64,000 nucleotides of DNA from an uncultured Lachnospiraceae bacterium (GTDB lineage: Bacteria > Bacillota > Clostridia > Lachnospirales > Lachnospiraceae), in assembly GCA_947599905.1 (NCBI GenBank), contig CANQFR010000002.1, positions 15,193 through 79,192 of the forward strand, written 5' to 3'. The position numbers and the translations under genes were made by a program. This document shows, piece after piece, positions 58,554 to 64,000 of the stretch; positions within the stretch are counted from its first letter, which is position 1; every line of letters begins with the position of its first letter. Below the pieces are notes generated by a model. That model had not been told where the DNA came from and ran no database searches. It was given only the letters and a program-made list of their open reading frames with translations.

Positions 58554-59831
58554 ATGATGAAAAAATTCTGGAAATGTATGCTTGCCCGGACGCTTGCGCT
58601 CGGGCTTATGACGGCCGCTTTGCCGGCCGGCGGCGCATGGGGTATGGCGCCGCTGTCGGTTCGCGCCGGTTCGACGCCGGCACCGGCCCTGCCGGCCGGA
58701 AGCGGACTGGTGGAAGCTGCCGGGGCGGTTTCCGCCGGACCGGAGATCGCCGCGCCGTCGGCGGTTCTGATGGAAGCGTCGACGGGTCAGATCATTTACG
58801 AAAAAGACGCGGATACCAAGCGAAGTCCGGCCAGTATCACGAAGATCATGACGCTTATCTTAATTTTCGATGCACTGGAGAGCGGGAAGATCAGCATGAC
58901 GGATGAAGTCGTGACCAGCGCTTACGCCAAATCCATGGGCGGTTCCCAGGTGTTTCTGGAGGAAGGGGAGGTGCAGACCGTGGAGACGCTGATCAAATGC
59001 ATCGTCATCGCTTCCGGCAACGACGCAAGCGTGGCGATGGCCGAGTACATCGCGGGCGACGAGGGGACATTTGTACAGATGATGAATGAGCGGGCGGCCG
59101 GGCTGGGCATGAGCGGCACCCATTTTACGGACTGCTGCGGCCTGACGGAATCGCCGGAGCATCTGACCACCGCCCGCGATATCGCGATCATGTCGCGCGA
59201 ACTGATCACCCGTTACCCGCAGATCCACAACTATTCCACGGTCTGGATGGACACGATCACGCATGTGACGCAGCAGGGGACGAAGGAATTCGGTCTGGCG
59301 AATACCAATAAGCTTCTGAAAATGGCGGTTAATTTCAACGTAACCGGCTTAAAAACCGGTTCAACCTCTATCGCGAAATATTGCCTGTCGGCGACGGCGG
59401 AGAAGGACGGCGTGCGCCTGATTGCCGCGGTTATGGCCGCACCCGATTATAAGGCCCGGTTTAACGACGCGGCGGCGCTTCTGAACTACGGCTACGCCAA
59501 CTGCCGCCTTTATGAAGACAAAGAGCCGCCAGCGCTGCCGCTGCTGCCCGTCAGCGGCGGAGTGGAGCCCGAGGTGGCGCTGCGGTATGACGGGACGTTC
59601 TCCTTCCTTGGAATGCATGGGGAGGATTTTACTGCCGTGGAGAAAAATATAGTAATTCCCGAGAAAATCAATGCACCGGTGGGAGAAGGCCAGCAGATCG
59701 GCCAGCTAGAATATCTGCTTGGTGGGAATAAACTCGGAGAAATACCGATTCTGGCAGCCGCGGATGTGGCGGAGGCCGGATATCCGGATTATCTGAAAGC
59801 GTTCTTCTTGGCGTGGCGCGTCGGAAAATAA
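58554..59831 (+). CDS. D-alanyl-D-alanine carboxypeptidase (DacF-like)
   Basis: signal peptide, SITK, SGN, KTG; GGAGG RBS. Confidence 0.92.
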   Translation: MMKKFWKCMLARTLALGLMTAALPAGGAWGMAPLSVRAGSTPAPALPAGSGLVEAAGAVSAGPEIAAPSAVLMEASTGQIIYEKDADTKRSPASITKIMTLILIFDALESGKISMTDEVVTSAYAKSMGGSQVFLEEGEVQTVETLIKCIVIASGNDASVAMAEYIAGDEGTFVQMMNERAAGLGMSGTHFTDCCGLTESPEHLTTARDIAIMSRELITRYPQIHNYSTVWMDTITHVTQQGTKEFGLANTNKLLKMAVNFNVTGLKTGSTSIAKYCLSATAEKDGVRLIAAVMAAPDYKARFNDAAALLNYGYANCRLYEDKEPPALPLLPVSGGVEPEVALRYDGTFSFLGMHGEDFTAVEKNIVIPEKINAPVGEGQQIGQLEYLLGGNKLGEIPILAAADVAEAGYPDYLKAFFLAWRVGK

Positions 59832-59910
59832 TTTCATGCCGGAGTGTTGAGCAGAAGGCGGGGAGCCCGGTCGGGCTCCCCGTTACGCTGCCAAATGATT
59901 CTGTTATCCC

Positions 59911-60480
59911 CTATTTCTTCGCCGCTTCCGAATAAACGGTCGTCACCAGCTCCTCGTACGGCACCCGGGCCGGCAGTTCCCCGGCCTCTTCCAGGATATT
60001 CTGCAGCAGGTTGAAGCTCTCTTCTGTAAATACGGTATCTTTCTTCCAGCTGTCCTGCTCCTGATAACGTCTGACGATGATCGTGATATTTTCAAGCGGC
60101 GTCTCTTCAAACTGCGGCTTGATCGTCGCGGCAATTTCCTCCGCCGTGTGTGTGTTTACATAATCCATTCCCTTCTGGATCGCATTTGTGAATTTCTGAA
60201 TGATTTCCGGATGCGCTTCGATATAACTCTTATTCGCGCTGTATGCCGTATAGGGGACGTAGCCGGAATCGGTCCCGAGGGAGGCAACCACACAGCCCTG
60301 TCCTTCCAGTTCCAGGCTTGTGGCGAACGGCTCGAATTCCACCGTATAATCCGCGTCGCTGTTCGTAAATGCGGCCGCGGTCAGGCCGAAGCTGATGCTC
60401 TGGTCGATCGTGAGGTCCGCGGCCGGGTCAATGCCGTTTTTCTTCAGAATATATTCGAAGACCATTTCCGGCATCCCGCC
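59911..60480 (-). pseudogene. 3' part of an NMT1/THI5-like ABC substrate-binding gene, interrupted by the adjacent element
   Basis: begins at GGMPEMVFEY with an in-frame stop just upstream; no signal peptide or N-terminal half. Confidence 0.8.
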
Positions 60481-62473
60481 TGTTATACGCTACATCATGT
60501 AAATTTTGATCTGTCTGGGCGGCGTATATGCTCGCTTTGGGATTTACATGATTTCGCGGCAGGATGTTTGCATGCGCGATACCGGATTCCTTCCAGACGG
60601 GCGGCATACCCATGGGAAAGTTCCTGATCAGGTTTTCCAGTTCTTTTTCTCCCATAATGATGGGGTATGGTTTTAGCTTGTTTTCCGATGATTCTATTAC
60701 TCCCATGTCCTTCAGTAAAGAAACGATTGTTAATACATTCGTTTTGGTTACTTTTTTCCCCATGCCAATAAGACCTGAGAGAAGTGATTTAACGGAAGTA
60801 AACCCTCTGTCATCATCCCTGACAAGGCTGAGCGCTGAGCGTATGATATCATCCTGCTTTTTTGAAAGTTCTTCCGCGACACGATACTGTATCAGTTCGG
60901 ACAGACCATATTTCATATCAATCTCCGGAAAGCCGTATTCATCAATATTGATCTTGTCTATCAGCAGTTCTATGTCAGAACGGTTTAACGCGTTATGCGC
61001 TATCATATCATCAATGACATCTAATGCTGATATGAGCCTGGCATGTGTCAGTTCCCAGTCCGTGTTGTCTGTATTAAGAGCTTCATATTTTTGCTCCAAC
61101 AGTTTAATTTTTAAAGACAGATCTTCCTGAACGGCCTGATAGCTTTCAATAATAATATCTTCATTTTCCGGCTTTGCGGCAATGTCTTTTATCTTCTGGG
61201 AAATCAGAAACTTCAGCTGATTCTTTTCCTTTCTGATCTGTTCCCCTAATTCCCAGCGTTCACGCTGCAGATCCTGCCTGCCCTGATTGATTTCATCGAT
61301 ATCGATTGTCTCGATGGCATCCTTCAGGGTATTTCTGCAGGCTTTAATATAATTGATCACATCTTCTGTAAGCTGTGATTCTTCGATCAGGTGGGACTTG
61401 CTGCAGTACCGCTTCCCCCTGGTATTGTACAGGCTGCAGACATAATACTTCCGTGTTTTATTATTCTTTTTACGTATGATTGGCGTCATCTTATGACCGC
61501 AGTATTTGCAGTACAGACAGCTGCCGAAAGGATCCTGCGGTATCTGGCTTTCCCAGCGTCCATGCGTCTGGGAACCTTTGTATCCGCTTTTCGCCCGCTT
61601 TTGTTTTATTTCCTGAACCAATTCAAAAGTGACGGGGTCAATAATCGGTTCGTGGTGATTTTTAAAAACATATTGTTGTTCTTCAGGAACCCTTCGGTCC
61701 TTTCCGTGGACACTTATCCGGGCTCTTTTATGAAGGCGGTAAGTGCCAATATAAAAATCATTACCAAGAATATCCTTAATCATCGATTCCGTCCATTCGG
61801 AAGCCACATGACGCTTCGACAGTTTACCATCGGAAAGTTCCTGCTCATGCCGGTACATGGAAGGGGTTTCGACTTGCTGCCGTGTAAGATACGCGGCAAG
61901 TCTCCGATATCCATAACCATCAATGTACATTGCAAAAATCTGACGTATCGTTGCCGCCTGCTCTGGGATTATTTCAAATGTTCCACTTTTGGCTTTGGCC
62001 CGGCGGTAACCGAACGGGAGGAATATAATAAGGGAACCGTCCTTCTGTTTTGCCCCGATAACCCGACGGATTTTTTTGCTGGTATCCTTGACGTACCGTT
62101 CATTGTACCATGTTTTGATTCCGATAATGTCATCATCTGTTCCCTGGCTGTCGTAATTGTCATCAATAGCAATAAGACGTTTCCCCCGTTCCTGGAATTC
62201 ATCGAGAAGGAGCAATATTTTGGCATTATGTCTTCCGAGTCTCGAAAAGTCTTTCACATAAACAGTATCGATATCTTTTTCAAGATCGCTCATCATTTTC
62301 TGAAAGCCCGGACGATCGAAAATATAACCCGAAATGCCGTCGTCTTCATACCATCGGTCAATTGTCACGTTGTGTTCAGCCGCATATTGCCCGATGACAA
62401 GCCGCTGGTTTTCAATGGATGCATAGTTCCGGCGATCGTCATCCCTCGACAATCGGCAATATCCTACATTCAT
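60428..62473 (-). CDS. large serine recombinase (TnpX-like)
   Basis: YCRLSRDD, SIENQ, DDGISG, KDFSRLGR, PFGY, CKYCG zinc ribbon, coiled coil. Confidence 0.94.
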   Translation of the reverse strand: MNVGYCRLSRDDDRRNYASIENQRLVIGQYAAEHNVTIDRWYEDDGISGYIFDRPGFQKMMSDLEKDIDTVYVKDFSRLGRHNAKILLLLDEFQERGKRLIAIDDNYDSQGTDDDIIGIKTWYNERYVKDTSKKIRRVIGAKQKDGSLIIFLPFGYRRAKAKSGTFEIIPEQAATIRQIFAMYIDGYGYRRLAAYLTRQQVETPSMYRHEQELSDGKLSKRHVASEWTESMIKDILGNDFYIGTYRLHKRARISVHGKDRRVPEEQQYVFKNHHEPIIDPVTFELVQEIKQKRAKSGYKGSQTHGRWESQIPQDPFGSCLYCKYCGHKMTPIIRKKNNKTRKYYVCSLYNTRGKRYCSKSHLIEESQLTEDVINYIKACRNTLKDAIETIDIDEINQGRQDLQRERWELGEQIRKEKNQLKFLISQKIKDIAAKPENEDIIIESYQAVQEDLSLKIKLLEQKYEALNTDNTDWELTHARLISALDVIDDMIAHNALNRSDIELLIDKINIDEYGFPEIDMKYGLSELIQYRVAEELSKKQDDIIRSALSLVRDDDRGFTSVKSLLSGLIGMGKKVTKTNVLTIVSLLKDMGVIESSENKLKPYPIIMGEKELENLIRNFPMGMPPVWKESGIAHANILPRNHVNPKASIYAAQTDQNLHDVAYNRRDAGNGLRIYSEEKRH

Positions 62474-62511
62474 ATTGTCTAAATCTCCTTTGCATTGATA
62501 ACTGTTAATGA

Positions 62512-62703
62512 TTACGTTTGGTTATTGACGTGATTCTTCACTAACTGTCTGAAGAAAACGGACATGTCGCCGCAATCAGGATTGTAGGCAAGCGTGACAA
62601 TCCGATAACCGATACTTTGATAGTATTCTTTGGTTTTCTCGTATTCTTCTTCAGAATCAAAATCCTTTTTCCATAAATAGCGGGTAATTCTGTTTTCTTT
62701 CAA
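62512..62703 (-). CDS. small protein upstream of the recombinase (possible directionality factor)
   Basis: GAGGTGG RBS then TTG start MKENRITRYLW; function is inference. Confidence 0.5.
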   Translation of the reverse strand: MKENRITRYLWKKDFDSEEEYEKTKEYYQSIGYRIVTLAYNPDCGDMSVFFRQLVKNHVNNQT

Positions 62704-63034
62704 TGGCCACCTCGAAACCCGACTTGCTGCAAACATATGCATCTGCAGCTCGTCTGTTTCTCCAATTATGGTTTTGAGAAAAATTTTTTCCGCACAAACT
62801 GGAAAGGCGGCTGTGTGGCTTCTGATGACATAGCCACGTGCTGGAGCTATGTTCATTACGATAAGTATTATATCGGTTATGCTGGTTACAGGCAAATCTC
62901 AGATGTCGCTGATAGCTAAATCAGAGCATTTTTATAAGGCTTCAATCAGGATTGACGTTCCGGGATTGACAGAAGCGCTTGGAATCAGTTGCTTATGATC
63001 AATGGAAAATCTTCTTTGCCAGTTCGATGACGGT

Positions 63035-64000
63035 TCACCCCTGATGCGGATAGCCAAGAAGCATTTGCTTTAACTGGTCATCGCACTTGAGTTCCTGCCA
63101 CCGCAGCACGTTTGCGTCTATACCCGGAATTGTTGCGATACGTGTCTCAGATCCTTTATTTGCAAAAGGCCGGACAAGGATTGTCCCATCGTTATATACA
63201 CTTATAAAGTTCTTTTTATTATCCGGGAAGGCGCACTCGATAGGCTCTGCCTGATTGTTATGAACAATCTCAACATTTTCCCAGTGTCCTCGTTCATGTC
63301 CATACGGGCCTTCATTGATCAGCTCCCAAAGCAGGATGTCGCCATTGGAAGCAAAACCCGCCAATATTATCCTGTTGCTGGTAAAAAACTGCAGCTTAAC
63401 GATCGATCGCCCATTTGTGGGGAGTCTCCATTGACACTGGCCGGTTTTAACGATTCTTACTCTTACCAGTTTTTGGTTGTTGAGTAAGCCGCGTCTGTGA
63501 CCGTCGCCTCGATCTGCCCTGTATTTCTCAGGTGAATAGCTGGCTGCAAACCTTGTATCAGCTGTACACATCGCAACTGAGCTGACCTTTCCCATATGGC
63601 CCTGGCAGCCGTTCAGTTTCTTCATTTTTTCGTCCCAGGTGAACGCCTCGCCTTTCCTGGTTAAGATAATTGCGTTCCTGTCAGGAGCAGATTCTATATC
63701 AGAATCAAGGATATTCATGCCGGCCAGCCGGTTAAGTAATGCTTTGGAAACAAATGGATTTGCTGCCGGCCGTTCGACTTTGGTTCTCTCACCCGTTCGA
63801 AGGTCCACTCTGCAATAGCTTAGATCGGAGAACTGGCATTCCAATGTATACTCGTCGACAGGCATTCTTAACAGGCTTACGCGCTGATCAAAATACAAAG
63901 TATTGGAGCACTTGCCCCTTTCCATATCCCAGATCTGAACGATCTTGCCGCCAGATCCTAATGCGGCTGTTTTTCCATTCCTTGTAAATGCGGCAGCTGC
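63035..64000 (-). CDS. WD40-repeat protein, C-terminal part (5' partial)
   Basis: frame open to window end: GSGGKIVQIWD, GHMGKVSSV, NGDILLWE. Confidence 0.8.
   Translation of the reverse strand, partial: AAAAFTRNGKTAALGSGGKIVQIWDMERGKCSNTLYFDQRVSLLRMPVDEYTLECQFSDLSYCRVDLRTGERTKVERPAANPFVSKALLNRLAGMNILDSDIESAPDRNAIILTRKGEAFTWDEKMKKLNGCQGHMGKVSSVAMCTADTRFAASYSPEKYRADRGDGHRRGLLNNQKLVRVRIVKTGQCQWRLPTNGRSIVKLQFFTSNRIILAGFASNGDILLWELINEGPYGHERGHWENVEIVHNNQAEPIECAFPDNKKNFISVYNDGTILVRPFANKGSETRIATIPGIDANVLRWQELKCDDQLKQMLLGYPHQG

Larger units (their letters stand above)
60481..64000. mobile_element. serine-recombinase integrative element (partial)
   Basis: GC drop, recombinase at the boundary, host gene truncated. 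Confidence 0.8.

Overview
Firmicute chromosome (Clostridia, probably Lachnospiraceae-like; taxonomy inferred). GC-rich host genes occupy 1-11650 (comEC 3' end, purA, ABC-F, cls, COG0523 pair, maf, polysaccharide deacetylase) and 58460-60480 (dacF-like gene, truncated ABC substrate-binding gene). Between them lies an apparently complete ~46.8 kb contractile-tail temperate prophage (11651-58459), integrated via an 11-bp core that is the -10 box of a host promoter. The prophage carries: a diversity-generating retroelement with no avd gene and an RT fused in frame to the next gene; a MuF head protein ending in an ADP-ribosyltransferase, plus a separate ADP-ribosylglycohydrolase; a twister ribozyme and other structured RNAs in the early operon; two homologous iteron regions; and at least 10 copies of a TTGAAA-N6-TTTCAA palindrome spread along its length. 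From ~60481 a second element (large serine recombinase, WD40 protein) interrupts an ABC transporter gene and runs off the window. A glycine-riboswitch-like variant RNA precedes purA. All calls come from reading the sequence; no database searches were run.
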